Below, piece after piece: positions 1-13,787 of a stretch of DNA of 64,000 nucleotides. This DNA is from Balanoglossus misakiensis (lineage: Eukaryota; Animalia; Hemichordata): the NCBI GenBank assembly GCA_040954595.2, contig CM082597.2, positions 9,703,778 through 9,767,777 of the forward strand, written 5' to 3'. The notes under the pieces were generated by a model. The model ran no database searches, had not been told where the DNA came from, and saw only the letters and a list, made by a program, of their open reading frames with translations. The translations under genes were made by a program, and so were the position numbers. The stretch's first letter is position 1, and each line of letters starts with the position of its first letter.

Positions 1-1959
1 CATCATTCTTCTACACTACGTCAGGCAAAGATATAAAAAAAAATTGCGAAATAAAAACATTGGTCTACCTACCTCCCTGTTTTTGAAAACCATATAATGG
101 AACAGCACTTAGTATTTTTATTGGCCTTAGGTCTGATATGCAATACCATGCTGGCTTTGTGTGCCTGTCTTGTTTAGCCAAACTGTTGAGGGCGCATTAG
201 TGTACAACGTTATGGAACTTGGGCTGTGGTTGATTCTTGAGAAAAAATGGGATATAAATTCAGACAGCATGTGTTGCGAGTTGACACAGCAATCTCATAA
301 TAAATTTTAGGACTGAACTTTTCATTCAACTTCATTGGAGGTATTATAAAATGGATTGAGTAGTAGTGTTTACTGAATGTGTTACCATTAATAGAAAGTG
401 TATTGGCAACATAATGTCTTATGAGTGAGACTAACTGGTTGAGTGAAAACAACATTTTCTGCCAATAATATAATATCTGACCCTTTTTTTTTTCATTTTC
501 AGTCATTTGGTCGAATGGGTTGAATCCAGTCTTCAAACCATCCAACGTCCAGCTCTCAATTAAAAATACATGATAAAGAAGATCAGTTGGTATATGCAAA
601 GATTAAAGAGGTTTTCAGATGTTCTTGTTTCTGAAATTTTACAAGTATTAGTATTAAATGCAACTTTGAAGCGAAATAAATGTAAGGCTTGATCAAAGGA
701 TATCATTTGACTGTTTTTTGTTGAATGAAAAAGAAATGTATGTGTGTATGTACTGTTGATAAATGACGTGTTGTAGTCATGGCTGGCATTACTGTGGGGT
801 TATTTCTTTGAAAACAAACAAGGGTCACATATTATAAACCTGTTCTAGATGGAAGGTCACATTTTAACAATTTGCCATGGGGGTCATGGTGTCACATTTT
901 ACTTGACCTATTTCCTCCTAAAAATGAAAGCTTCATGTCAGTTTTCAGCAGCATCAGTTCTTTCCAGATTATATTCATGTTGGTTGCATTATTCAATGAA
1001 CTTGGAGATCTGAATTCAGGATAGAGGTGTGCTTAAGTTTTGATGTAACATACTTTAATGATTGTCCTTGTAAACGTCATACTTATCTGAAATCGTACTT
1101 GCAATTGATATGACAATATTCACGTCCTCATTACTCATAGAAATTATAATAAAGAGTAAAAAGCATTCTTTTTCTCTTTCATCCTGCTTCTATTCATTTT
1201 ACATTTCCTGTCTTATTCTTTTCAAGTTCTATTTCTGTGTTTGTGAACCACCCTGCATTTAATAAAACAGGACACGTACATGTAGGTTTCCATTTGGTAG
1301 ATTATTTTTAGATTATGGCATTATACTCAACGGCATAAAACATCTGGTATGTAATTATAATTGTTTGCCAGTATAAAATAAACTTATTTGTATGATAAAA
1401 ATGCCCAGTCAACTTAATACAAAGTGCACTAATGCAAACCCAGTTTTATAAAATTCTTAGCAGTAATATTCTCAACTTTGTAAAGATTGCGGAAAAATTG
1501 ACAAATGGGGACAAATATCCTTTCAGGATTCAGATCCTTGACCAAGTGAGGTCAAAGGAAGCATAGACATTTTAAACGTTTGTAAGCAGAAATGTTTTGG
1601 GGATAATAATTTGAGTATGCAGCTCATCTGTCAAGTACTTGTTTACGTTTGTTAAAGCAGAAACGGGCAATTTCGAAGACTGAACTCTGCCCACAAGCAC
1701 CTCAGATGTTGGGGGGGGGGGGGTAAGGAGGGGAGAGAAGGCTGTACTAGGCCCTGTGTTTCTTCTCCAAATAAATCTGACTACTAGTATGAAATAAGTC
1801 TCTTGTGTGTCTAGTTTTCTCACCCACCCTGTTTTATCTCGTGTAGACTAAGCAGTTAGTCAACATTGCTCAAGATAGTTTCAATCATATCCTTGCTATA
1901 TGATGATGTTAAACATAATCCAGGAGGTGAGGGGGTGTCTCCTTTTTATGCTGAAATGT

Positions 1960-2520
1960 TTTAGGTCCCATTTGGTTTATGTATATATACCATGGGATCG
2001 GTTGCGTCTGTATGTATGGATGTGTGTATGTCCGTCCACATAAAAAACTTGAAAACCGCTGCGAGTATCACCTTGGTATTTGGTGTGTAGATGCTAGCCG
2101 GGCTGTAGATGGGAGTTTGTCATTGCCAAAAATATGCTAATTAGCTGGAAAATGTGAATTTGGTCAAAACTCAGTAACTCAAAAACTATGGTCAGATTGC
2201 TTTGCAAATTGGTGTGTAATTATGTTATTGAGAACTAATATATATTTTGTGGTGATATCAGAAAATGGCTATTTTGGTGAACATTTTTGTCGTTTTCATC
2301 ATTTTTAGTATTGAAAAAATCTTCTTTTCTAAGATAACTTTCCAAATTCTTAAAAATTCATTTGAGGGTGTGTAGAGGTGGTTTCTTTCATTTTTTTCTA
2401 AACATGGTGAAGAATTTAATAGTATATTTGGGGGGTAATTTTTGCCATTTTTGGTCAAAACTCTTTCTCAGAACCCTATTACTTTGAAATTCAATTTGAA
2501 GGTTCCTGGGTGTGTTCTAA
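1960..2520. mobile_element. Helentron/HINE-like (DINE/pearl-type) non-autonomous repeat, decayed
   Basis: Short inverted repeat (ggtccca..tgggatc), then a (TGTA/GTCC) microsatellite, then a core that recurs at about 6770-7030 (gtccgtccacat..aaaaacttgaaaaccgctg..tatcaccttg..tttggtgtg). Family assignment rests on architecture only. Confidence 0.5.
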
Positions 2521-2618
2521 CCATACGAATAATATCTTAACCTGAGACATTTTTTCTTGCAGTAGTTAAATTATTTTAAGATACGCTTGTAAGGGGGAAT
2601 ATTTTGGTCCTATTTTAA

Positions 2619-2792
2619 AGGTATACGGTCACCTATACAAATTTAGCCGCAGTTACCATAGTAAATCGAGATCTAACCAATCACAGATTTTCAGTGGGTG
2701 GCACACGCGAAAATAAAGCGTTCTTTAGAACACTCAAATGCGCCATTTCAACTATATATGGCGATATGTAAATTGGAGGTGACTGTATACCT
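2619..2792. mobile_element. Kolobok-type MITE
   Basis: TIRs aggtatacggtcacct / aggtgactgtatacct, flanked by TTAA on both sides (2615-2618, 2793-2796), with AG termini. Confidence 0.7.
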
Positions 2793-2935
2793 TTAAGACA
2801 ACCTCGCTCAAAAATTAATACAATGAATAGCATGTACAATTATTTCTGAGTCGGGTGACATATCGGATTATGAGGAAGAGTTGGCAACATAAGCTTATAG
2901 AGTGCTGACATAAAAAGTCGGTGCGGGCATAACAT

Positions 2936-3284
2936 TATACACATGATGACTGACAATGAGGGCAACAGTGTATTTTGATGACCGAGGGCGCTGCTAGTCA
3001 CAACTAAAACAGTCTTTTTTCTCCGAGGGCATAGCCCGAGGGAAAACAGACTGTTTTGGTGTGACTGGCAGTCCCGAGGTCATAAAAAATACACTGTTGC
3101 CTGAATATGTCAGTCATCATGTGTTTTATAACACACCAAACACGAAATTATATCAAGACGGGGCAACAGTACCGGGCAGAAACCGATCGAACCGATGCCC
3201 TAGGGAACAGTTCGAAATGACTAAGGTCACGTGACGGCGTATTGACGAATCACGATCGAGGGTTCGCTGCATGGTGTGTTATAA
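2936..3284. mobile_element. Crypton-like non-autonomous hairpin+core element, family A copy 1
   Basis: A ~190-bp imperfect hairpin (2940-3123, apex cgagggcatagcccgagg), spacer ttttataa (3124-3131), then a core bounded by cacacca/tggtgtg and ending in ttataa. An inverted second copy lies at 24208-24588. Confidence 0.65.
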
Positions 3285-4445
3285 ATTCATTTGCGTAATG
3301 GTGGTATACTTCCCTGTCTCACCGCTGTCCCATCCCTCCCTGCTTCCTAAACCTTTATTTTACAAGGAACTGACAAATCAGACTGTATTAACTATTATTT
3401 ACCCACTAAACAACCAGAGTGTATACAAAATTAGGACTTGTACACTCTTTTTACTTATGCTGCTTTTATGTATACAGTAAAAGCAAATAACCCAAAGGTT
3501 CGTGAAAATATCACCAACATGATCATTTTTTATTGGTTTGTTGTGTGGGATAATGATCCCTGTTGTTGCTATTCTGTTGGTATGAAGCCAGGGCACAACA
3601 AATGTGATAAAATCCCAATAGCATTGCCACAGAAATGTTCATGATCAATCATTGATTGATAGGTTCGATAAATTATTCTGACAGGCACTTACACAGGCAG
3701 ATCCAGTTGAAATGACAATACATATTCATGTGCAGGGCTCCTGCCATTTTGGTCGATTAATCATCAAATGCTATTTTTGGATTGCATTTGAATGACTTGT
3801 TCACAATGAACCTGTCAACACATGAAGAGGAATTCATGAAAATAGTATCTTTGTCAATGGAATTAGAACATTTGAAAATGATACTTAAGACTGGTTCAAC
3901 TTGACAAAAATTATGTTATGGTATAAAACCTGTTAGCTTGTCCAATTCCTTTAAGTTTTTCAGCATGTGTACAGACACTAATCAACAGAAACGTAAAACT
4001 TTTTATTTCCTTTCCTGTAAATGTGCACACTTACTCTCCATGACAACAATAGTATTCTCATATGTATATTGCAATACAATGTACCCTGTTTTCCTGAAAA
4101 CCTCTAAGCCATATATCATACAATTCAATATTGATATCTTGTGATCAAAACTTTTTGGCAATTTTAATGACCTTTGACCCATTTTTGTTCAACCAGAAGC
4201 CATTAATCCTAATACTTGCTTTAGACTTCCATAGAGACCTTCTTCTTCTTGCAACATTTATTTTAAATCACCACACATGCATGTATTTGTCAAAAGGACT
4301 TAGGTGCCCGTGGGTGTGGTCCCATGTTGTTGATTGACCTCATGCGATGTAGTGTTTGTAATTTACACCACTGACCTTTTTTGTTCAATTAGTTGAGAAA
4401 AAAACCTGGTACATCCGCATTTTGTAGACTTTAACCATTCATCAA

Positions 4446-5600
4446 ATGTTAGAAAAATTAAAAAAGCATGAGTTGGTGTCGCTTGCTGAACGTCTTGAGT
4501 TTGCTCTAAGACCGTCAATGACAAATTAAAAGAAAATGTGCAAAATATTATTGCAAGAGCTCGAGTTAATCAAGGGAAATTTGGGGTTGACGCGTTGGAA
4601 ATTGATGAATCTAAGCACAAAGGTAATACTGTGAAAATAAGGCAGCTGGAGTTTGATCATGAGTACAGAATAATACAATTGGAATACAAAGAAAGAGAAA
4701 GACAAGAGCTAGAAATTCGGGTAATTTAAATTGACCCTTTCAAGCCTGGCTTTCTGGGAACGTATCCGAATTTCTCTTATATATAGGATATCCGGCCAGA
4801 AAGGGTTAAGAACAGGAAAACAAGAGGAGACAACTGAGACTGTGGAAAGACACAATTTACCAATGGGCATCATAGTCCAGTGGTTAGAGCATCAGACTCA
4901 TGATCAAAGGATCGTTGGTTTGAGCCCGGCATGGCTGTGGTGCTGTGTCCTTTGGCAAGACACTTTACTTCTCATTGCTGCTCCCCACCTAGGAGTTATG
5001 GGTACCTGGTAGGACAGAGATTGTACTGTGTATGTTTAGCTCTGCTGCGCTTATGGCTGCACTTAAGGCAATGAGATGTATTATATAATGCACTATATAA
5101 GAAATAAATATTATTATTATTCAATATTACCAGTACTTATTTTTATGCAGCAAAGTGTACCCGACTTCTTCCTCAATTTCAAGAAATGGAGGTCAATAAT
5201 TATTTTCAGCATTTAAAAATGCACACAGTCTAAAATGGCCAAAAGAGGACTGGACCATACTGTTACAAAGTGTCTTGATCGGAAAAGCTGGTGAAGTGTT
5301 TAATACTGCCTTACCTCTTGACTAAAGTAGTTAGTACTATGCGATCTTGTGAAAAAAACAATTCTCAAGCCATACGAACTGGAACTGATAGCCGTCTAAC
5401 AGCAAAAGGAATAAATCAGAATTTTGATAAGCTTTATAGGAAACTCATGTTGATTGAAGAGTTTAAACAATGTGTTCATTCTGATATCAACACTCATCTC
5501 GATGAACATAAAGTTAATGCGTTGCTTGAAGCAGCTACTGTGGCTGATGATTATGCTTTGACCCATAAACTTAGCTATGCCAGAAGTAATCTAGTTGGTC
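4446..5600 (+). pseudogene. Gypsy LTR-retrotransposon gag relic (stops and frameshifts, interrupted by a SINE)
   Basis: Translated fragments LKKHELVSLAERLE, coiled-coil IRQLEFDHEYRIIQLEYKERERQELE, LKWPKEDWTILLQSVLIGKA and LMLIEEFKQCVHSDINTHLDEHKV..AATVADDYALTHK match the typical animal Gypsy gag pattern. Confidence 0.75.
4865..5121 (+). mobile_element. tRNA-derived SINE
   Basis: A box tagtccagtgg (~4873), B box ggtttgagcc (~4917), CORE-like central motif tgtgtcctttggcaagacacttt, and a 3' tail gcactatataagaaataaat(att)n. Confidence 0.75.
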
Positions 5601-6744
5601 AAATTAAGACCTTTGGTTTGATTCCGACATCCCTACACGTAAGTACATTACATGTATCCACTTCAGACACGTGAAAACCACTGCATACACCAGCTTATAA
5701 TTTGATTATTATGTGAATAGGTACATCATGGACTGTTATCCTTCCAAAATGTATGGTATCTGGAAATAATTGAAAATGGTAAAAATCAATAAATAACTCA
5801 AGAATTACTACCAAGAATGCTTTGAAAATTTGTGCATAGGGACTTTCTAGGTAAAGCTTCTATAAATTTGTTCATTTTGTGCTAATATGAGGAATTGAAA
5901 TAATTTTTGTATTGTTTTCGATTTCTACATTTTTGTTAAATCTTTAAAATTTTCTAGCTTTAAAATTCCAAATGGAGGTAGCCTAGAGTTGTTCTCATGT
6001 ACCACGTAGGTTTGTTTAACATAACACACTTAGCACCTGTATTTTGGCGGCAAATGATTTTGGTCAAATCATTTTCTCCATTATGGTGAGATAGACACAG
6101 GGGATAGACAGTTTTGGTATATGTCACATGGGATACCTGGAATAAAAGAATTAGATGACTGAACATTATGATCAAAAGTATGACTCTGCATTTAGAAGAA
6201 TCTCTGTCTTCTTTTTACTGTAAAATTGCTAATCAAAACTTGTCGTTTTTCAAAGACCTTGTCAGACAATTATGTTTGGTGTCATCTTGAGTAAGTTTTT
6301 ATTTCTGAAAAAAAAACATTTCTCATGTATGAGATCCAATATTGCCAAAATTCAAAAGTGAAGAATTCTTAAGACTATTTATCACAGTGACTCCACCATA
6401 CCGGACTTCGCCTTCTCATTAAGAGAGAAAAGCACACACATCACCTCCCCCCACCAACCACCACCACCACCCCCAACACACACACACAAACCACATTCAA
6501 CAACTCAGGGCTCGGTGGTTGGTCGCGAAATATCTGTCGATGGATTTGGGTCATTTTATCAGGAGAACAATACCGTTGTTTTCGTAGCAAACCCAGCCTT
6601 TATTAACTCTTAGGTATCTCTTTTCATAAACATTCTTCTTGTAGTCACCTTTGTGGGCTTTCGTATATGTGTTGTTCCATAGATTTTTAAATATTTCTTA
6701 TAACATTGTGAAATTATAGGTGTGTAGTTTCCAACAAAATTGGT

Positions 6745-7040
6745 CTGATGTTGACCCTTGGATTGGGCACACAGTATGTATGTATGTATGTATGGATGGA
6801 TGGATGTATGTCTGTATGTCCGTCCACATCAAAAACTTGAAAACCGCTGTGTGTATCACCTTGATATTTGGTGTGCAGATGCAGGCTGGGCTGTAGATGG
6901 GAGTTTGTTCAAATGAAGTTGTCATTGACAAAAATATGCAAATTAGCTGGAAAAATGTGAATTTGGTCAAAACTCATTAACTCAAGAACTACTGGTCAGA
7001 TTGCTTTACAAAGTGGTGTGTATTTACTTTATTGAGTTGT
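6745..7040. mobile_element. Second copy of the Helentron/HINE-like repeat
   Basis: (TGTA)n(TGGA)n microsatellite followed by about 230 bp similar to 2010-2230. Confidence 0.55.
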
Positions 7041-8251
7041 TTTAATTAGGCAGGAACTCCCTCCTGTGTTTCATATAAACACAGCAAATTCCTGAATGAT
7101 TACATAACTGGCTAAGTTTTATAGAGGCCAGCTGTTCTATTTAGTGTATGAACAGTACATATGCCATTGGCAGCTTATGGGTCAGTCAGTGTTTGCCCAT
7201 TGATCTCTCTCTATGTGTGTGTGTGTCTGTCTGTCTGTATATGGCCATGTACTCCGGTGTAGACTTTTTCTTGTGTAATGGGACCGCCGTGTCCTTGACG
7301 CGATTTTTATATTTGTGCAACATACCAGAGCTAGTTTCTTTAATGGTGCCCGTACATTCATGCACGAATTTTATTTTTTATAGATCGTGTATACCGGTAC
7401 ATCTGTAATAGTACTGTAACATATACGTTTGACCTTCATTTGGGTCAAATAACAGAGGCGCGCTTCTTTCTCGTCGCAAGAAACGTTTTCTCTGTTTATG
7501 AAATGCCCGTTTTCATTTTATCAATGTACAGTGTAGTTACTACGAGTAAACGGACGAGCACTAGGAGGTACACGGAATTAATCCGTACCGTTTGCTCTAA
7601 AACAGTTTCTAACAAGAAAAAAACAAAAGAACGCATGTCACGATCGGTTATTTGGAAAAAGAAGCATGGTTTGAACAATGGGCACGAGGCAAAGAGTGGT
7701 ATAACTTAAGAAAAACAGTATTTTTAATTAATTAATTCTTAAAGCAAATATACAATCTAAATTTACGATATTATTATTTATCTAACTCCTTTTCCAAGCT
7801 TTCCTCTAGTTATATATATTTGTTTGTAAATGGCATCATTTCTATTATGTATCCCTAAAGAGATTTGGGACGATTGGTGATATGACAATTGTTGACATTC
7901 GACATCAGCACTGACCCAATCGTTTTGAAAACATACCGGACATCACCGGATATTCATGTCAATACAAAGATTGCCGAATTGTCCTTTTTATCAGCTCATA
8001 AAACAATATTTTTAAATTGTTCAACTATGCTGGTTGTTTTTGACAATAGAAAGCATTGAATTGACATTCTTCACAATGTGACTTACTTGTATTTCATTAA
8101 TACGGCAGTTGTATTTATAGTTTATGACAGCCGCTGCCATTGGACAATAAAGTTTCTAAATATTGTTTTTGAGTTCAGGAAATGAATAAATACTGCATGC
8201 ATGTTAGGTTAGGTTCACACACAACTATACATTTCATCGTATAGACGAATC

Positions 8252-11200
8252 ATGCCTTCACGCAATATCGTCCAAGTTTTCGTCTTTGTCACAGCTTTGC
8301 TGGTAAGTTTATACAATGAACATATTATGTCGTGCTTTAAAATGAGAAAAAACACGTACGTACATCAAGTAATTCAAGTACAGTGACCGCGCCATCGTTT
8401 TATATGCATGAACTATTGTAAGAAAATCAACATTTTCCATAATGACAATGTTCACGAAATGGTTTATTAGCCAACTGGGAGAGCAGGTTTAATATCCCGA
8501 AGTCCGTAAACGATTCCTAATACTAGTACCCGGTACATCATGTCAAAGAGTTGCTTCTGGTAAATTGTCCAAACAAATTTTAAGCACGTCGTATACTTTA
8601 CTGAAACCAGCAAAATATGTCGTCATTTGTCTTGGCATGTGTGACAGATAGAATGATTGTCATTTACAAACACGGAGAAGCAACAAGTTATTCAAACTCT
8701 GCAAGTGCAAAAACCAGAGAACCAACTCGGTGTTTAATGGCGACGCACCTCAGACATATCTGCAAAATTTGTAGAGACAGCGAGCGAGTGATTGAGTAAG
8801 TGAGTGAGTGAGAATAGGCCAGTGAATGAGAGTACGTGTTACATGCGTACTGACATAAACTGAATCTATCATTTTACTTATTCGAGAAAGTCAACTTTCT
8901 TTTTTAGTTCTATATAGCATACATAAAAGTTTACCTTTGTAATATCGTTTGGGATACTGTATACATCGATGAGAGGGAAGAAGTTGATACGGCCAGGGTC
9001 TATGATACGGCCTACGAAAACATTGAACATTAGGAAATGTTACGTTTTCAATTCGCTCGTCACGTGACTCCGTATCACTTTATCTAATTAACACGTCTTT
9101 ACCCGGGCTTTGTGGATTTTTACAATACAATCATCGTGCATATAACCTTTATAGCCTTACATGTGTGATAAACGTCTTCACAACCATAGCTCGCGTTTTC
9201 CTATTCAAAGGTTTGTATAGGCCTGCATGAGCATTTAAACTTTCTGCCCTACGAACGACAGAGTGTATTGATAAAAAATGCGCTAAAGCTTAGAACGAAA
9301 CGACTAGAGGTACGATTCCACATCTACATCTGACATTAGTTATTTATTTCAGTTGACAAATGCTGCGCCTGCTGAAGAATATGTTTTCGGTGAGTATTAC
9401 TTTGATGTTAGAACCGTCACTGGAAATCGATGAGTCATTGGCTTGCACGGCGTTGTCACGTGACCATAAATATCGAGTCATCTAACCTTGCATAAAAGTG
9501 AAATCCAGTGTGCGATTCTCGGGCTCTATCAGTTTCTTTCATTATATTCTGTACATTTCGCTTCACTTCCATTGCGACCTAAAATTGAAATTATTGCAAT
9601 TGTGGCATATTCAATAACATTCTTTGTCACAGGCTTTTCGGTTTTGAGGTAGCCTAAGTTGTGAAAAGTGAACACCTTTCACTTTGCATGAACACCTGTA
9701 TGGAAATGCTCTTATGTTAGCACACACGTATACATTGTACTTGTGGTGCATTCGCTCCTGTGTGTGAACACATGAGCTTAAACTTCTAAAAATCAGTCGA
9801 TTGGCGGCGGGAAGACTGATAACACCCGCTGCTGATTTATTTTGGGTTTTGCACAGAAGGTATTAAAAGTATTCAATATGAATCTTTCTATTTCTGTGAC
9901 AATTTACTTCTTTTGAAAGTGTGTTGTTTGAAAAGATTGTTTCATTTTCCCTTTCCTTTGCCTGTGGCATTTAAACAACCAAATTTGAAAGTGCAAAACC
10001 CAGGATGTTTGGTGTCTATACACAAGGCATTCAATAAGTTGTAATGGCTGAGCTCTGGGTTGATTGACAGGTAAAGCCAGGCGAGAATTAACGGAAGATA
10101 CTTCAAAATGCACGCCTAACTATCCGTTACTATGTGCGGATGGATATCTGTGTGTGAAGAGAGAACAAGTTTGCGATGGCTTCAACAACTGTAGGGACGG
10201 TAGCGATGAAGTGGGTTGCCCAGGTGAGTTTGCTGACGGCTACCTAGCTGATATTCTTTAGGCGCGGAGCAAACCCGTTTAATTATGAAACGAGGGAAAT
10301 TTTGTCACAGAGCTATTCAATGTGGTGTATTTGCCATCAACTGTGCAGTTTTAATAGCCGTGTTTGTTATATTTCCAATGTACGTTTACATGTTAAAATG
10401 ATGGTATTATCTTCTCTTCGTAATTTCGAATTCTACTGTAACTTTAACTAAAACTCGGAGAGGGAGAACTATATTCAGAGGAAGCGAATGTGCTCGATAA
10501 TCCTCGGCGATGTGTTCATTAGTCTGATTAGTGCAATCTATGTATGTCTCCACGAACTTTGGGATTAGCCTAGACTTCGTAACATGATGAGACATTGATC
10601 TTCGTTTCGGACCCCCTGGGTCAGTTCTGAAAATAGGAGACTCAGACTTGACATTTTTGTGAGTTTGTAGTATCCTTCCACGGACCAGGTTTTTGTAAAA
10701 CAACAATTGTTGAACAAAAACACCACTAACACGCATAGCATGCATAGAGATACCCATTTTCCCTGAGAGTACCACCACTGGGATGTCCTCCATATCAGTA
10801 CATGTACTGTAAATGCTCACTCTGTTAACCGCGTTTCCATCGCATTAATACAAATGATTATATTTCCAGGAGAAGGGGGCGGATCATGCCAAACAGGAGC
10901 TCCGAAAACTAAAGGTCCTTGCTCAAACCCAACTGGTAACGTTGACTGCAATACTGGTCTTGATAATTTGCGAAATCAGCTGTTAAATTCACACAACTAC
11001 TATCGTTGTCTTCATGGCGTACCAAGTATGACTCTGTCATCAGATTTGAACGACTACGCGCAACAATGGGCAGACCATTTAGCAACCATTGATGGAAGCG
11101 AACACAGTGATAGAGGTCAGAACCCACCTTCACGCGGTGAAAACATCTGGACCGGATATGACGCATTTCGTTGGACCAAATTTGACCAGTTTACCGGTAA

Positions 11201-12446
11201 ATACTTCATTATGGTCTGGGGGTTTCATCATTGTGCAGGTTTCTGTGATTGTGAGGGTTTATGAGCGGACCATCACAAAGACAGATTTCTATATGATAAA
11301 GGGATTCCGAATCGATTAGGTCTAATAATGTTGCTTTTTTAATACTGATTGAAACCGATATAATTTGGGATTTTCTGGACTTTCTGAGAGAAATTTCAAT
11401 GGGCCGGTTGAATTCGGGAGGAGAAGTTCACTTTTGACACATTTGTCCAAGGGGAGTCACATTTTATAAACTATCATCTCTTATTAGCCGCTGTTATCCC
11501 ACCACTGCCACCAACTTGATATTCCTTCACCACAATCGGGCTATCCTAGTCTGGTTCCCTGCCCCAATCCCACCTCTGACTGCGTAGCGCAGCCAGCGTA
11601 GCGCAGCCAGCGGTGGGATTGGGGCAGGGAACCAGACTAGGGCTATCCCACCTTAGCCAGGGAGCACACGCCAGGTGGACTTCTGATTTACCACAAACAA
11701 CCTAGAATTGGTCAATTTGGGATTGTTTATGATGTATTTTATGTATAATATAATAGTGTACTATACTTTTCGTGTAAATCAAAAACATCAGTGAAACGCA
11801 CCCTAGGTGAAGTTCTGGTGCACCCTACAGTGCCTGGAATAATTGGCCACTGTAGGTATGTCTATGTAGGGTTAGAAAATCCAGCCGAAGTCCAAAGGGC
11901 ATATTGGGATGAGTTCAAAGAGAATGTATATGAATGCACCTAAAAAGTGTATTGTGGGCCGGTGGATATTGGAACTATCTAATTGTAATTACAGTAGATA
12001 TCCACATTTACTCGAATTTCAAATTTTGGTCGATTTTTTTTCCTGTTTGTTCTAGGCGAGGTTCCAGTCGAAAACTGGTATTCTGAAATTATCTACTACG
12101 ACTTCACAGGGGCAACATCAGCAGGAAATAAAGCAGGTAAAACACACATTTATAGATACACTTACGGATACGTACGTTTATTATACGAAAATACATTTGT
12201 ACATGTATGTGTCGTAAAAACTATCGTGTTCTAAAATTAGCATGCCCCCATCTTCTCAATGTCTTGTCTGCTTCTTCCTCAGGTCACTTCACGCAAGTGG
12301 TATGGAAGGAGAGCACCGAGCTTGGCTGTGGTGTTGCTACAATCAATAGACAATACGGTCCGAAGTTTTTCGTGGTCTGTCAGTATCGTAAGGCAGGCAA
12401 TACTGTGAATTTCCCCAACAACGTACCGCCACCAACAGTACAGTAA
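8252..12446 (+). CDS. Secreted LDLa + CAP/SCP (PR-1/GAPR-1/GLIPR2-like) domain protein, about 270 aa
   Basis: Exons 8252-8302, 9353-9389, 10071-10223, 10870-11196, 12056-12136, 12283-12446; all GT-AG and in frame (813 nt). Signal peptide MPSRNIVQVFVFVTALLLTNA; 6-Cys LDLa ending CDGFNNCRDGSDEVGC; CAP motifs HNYYR, EHS, GENI, WYSEI, GHFTQVVW, LGCG..FVVCQY. Confidence 0.88.
11547..11639. mobile_element. 93-bp palindromic MITE, TAGTCT termini, 9-bp TSD
   Basis: TIR tagtctggttccctgccccaatcccacc / ggtgggattggggcagggaaccagacta; gggctatcc duplicated at 11538-11546 and 11640-11648; lies in intron 4 of the CAP gene. Confidence 0.85.
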
Positions 12447-13238
12447 ATATTGCAGATGGAGGACATTCAGCAACAGAGTAACTGTTTAGTGATAATTAAA
12501 TAGTGATAAATTCTTTCTTTTTGATAACTTTGTTTATCAGCTAACAAAAATTATGGTTCTTAAAGGGTCGTTTTAGTTTGGTATTTTTAATAATTTGCCG
12601 AATGCCATTTAGATAATGTGTAATTCTCTTCTCGTGTTTCTTTTTCATCACCACTAATGTAATATTGTCTTGTACTTGATGTACAATTAGACTTGTAGCC
12701 TCATCATGTATACTTTATGGAGTATTATTTTCAACTCGAGCACTTACTTTTTTCATGTAGTGAGGTCACTCCATCAGTTGAGTAACGCCCATATGTCATG
12801 TCATCAATCTGACGTTGGATAGGGGTTGTGGGAATGCCAGAAATTCCATCCGAACACCAATTCACACTGACATGAAAATATTCCGTGCTGGTGACAAACG
12901 GACCTTAGCCCTCACCAATGAAGTATTCATAACACACGTGTGATACAAAATAGGAAAACTTGGGAGTAAAAAAGAGGATAGAGCACAGAGAGCGGAGGAC
13001 AAAAGGTCGACGGAAGAGGCTGAAAATAAAGACCACACAAGACCTGACAACAGCTCAGGACTCCATTCCACGTCTTTAGACAGTTTTAACTCCAACTCTT
13101 CCTGCACTATAGTTTAGCTAGACCATTTCATCTTAGCAGAAGCCAGCATAGCATGACGTAAGTGCTTGAGTCGGCTTATTTCTGCATCATTAAATTCATA
13201 TATTTTCAGTTCGCACATTCCCGTGTTCGTGTCGATTG

Positions 13239-13317
13239 CACAGGGAACTCAGGCTCATAGTTGTGGTCAAATGAATAATATTATTATTATGAATAAAAAA
13301 TGGAAAAAATATTAAAA

Positions 13318-13411
<94 letters not shown>

Positions 13412-13652
13412 TTGTAGTAGTTCTTGTTATCTATCATGTGTTAAAATCCAACATACCTATGCATGCTGTCTTCTCCCGGCCCCTAACACGTACTGTACTG
13501 GCCGACCTATACTCTACCCTAGGAAAAAGACTCTTTTTCCTAGGGTAGAGTATATAGGTCGGCCAGTACAGTACGTGTTAGGGGCCGGGAGAAGACAGCA
13601 TGCATAGGTATGTTGGATTTTAACACATGATAGATAACAAGAACTACTACAA

Positions 13653-13689
<37 letters not shown>

Positions 13690-13787
13690 TAATAATAATA
13701 ATAATAATTTTTAATATTTTTTCCATTTTTTATTCATAATAATAATATTATTCATTTGACCACAACTATGAGCCTGAGTTCCCTGTG
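13239..13787. mobile_element. 549-bp foldback (whole-element palindrome) with 8-bp TSD, P-element-like CACAG termini
   Basis: The arms are reverse complements around a 1-nt centre at 13531 and each carries an (ATT)n tract. GTCGATTG is duplicated at 13231-13238 and 13788-13795. Superfamily call is inference. Confidence 0.85.

Noticed and set aside
4865-4940. tRNA gene
   Set aside because: It has A and B boxes but no intact cloverleaf, and it continues into a SINE body and tail.
13300-13726. ORFs encoding poly-Ile or poly-Tyr peptides (also at 14728, 15944, 17153)
   Set aside because: They are translations of the (ATT)n microsatellite in the foldback arms.
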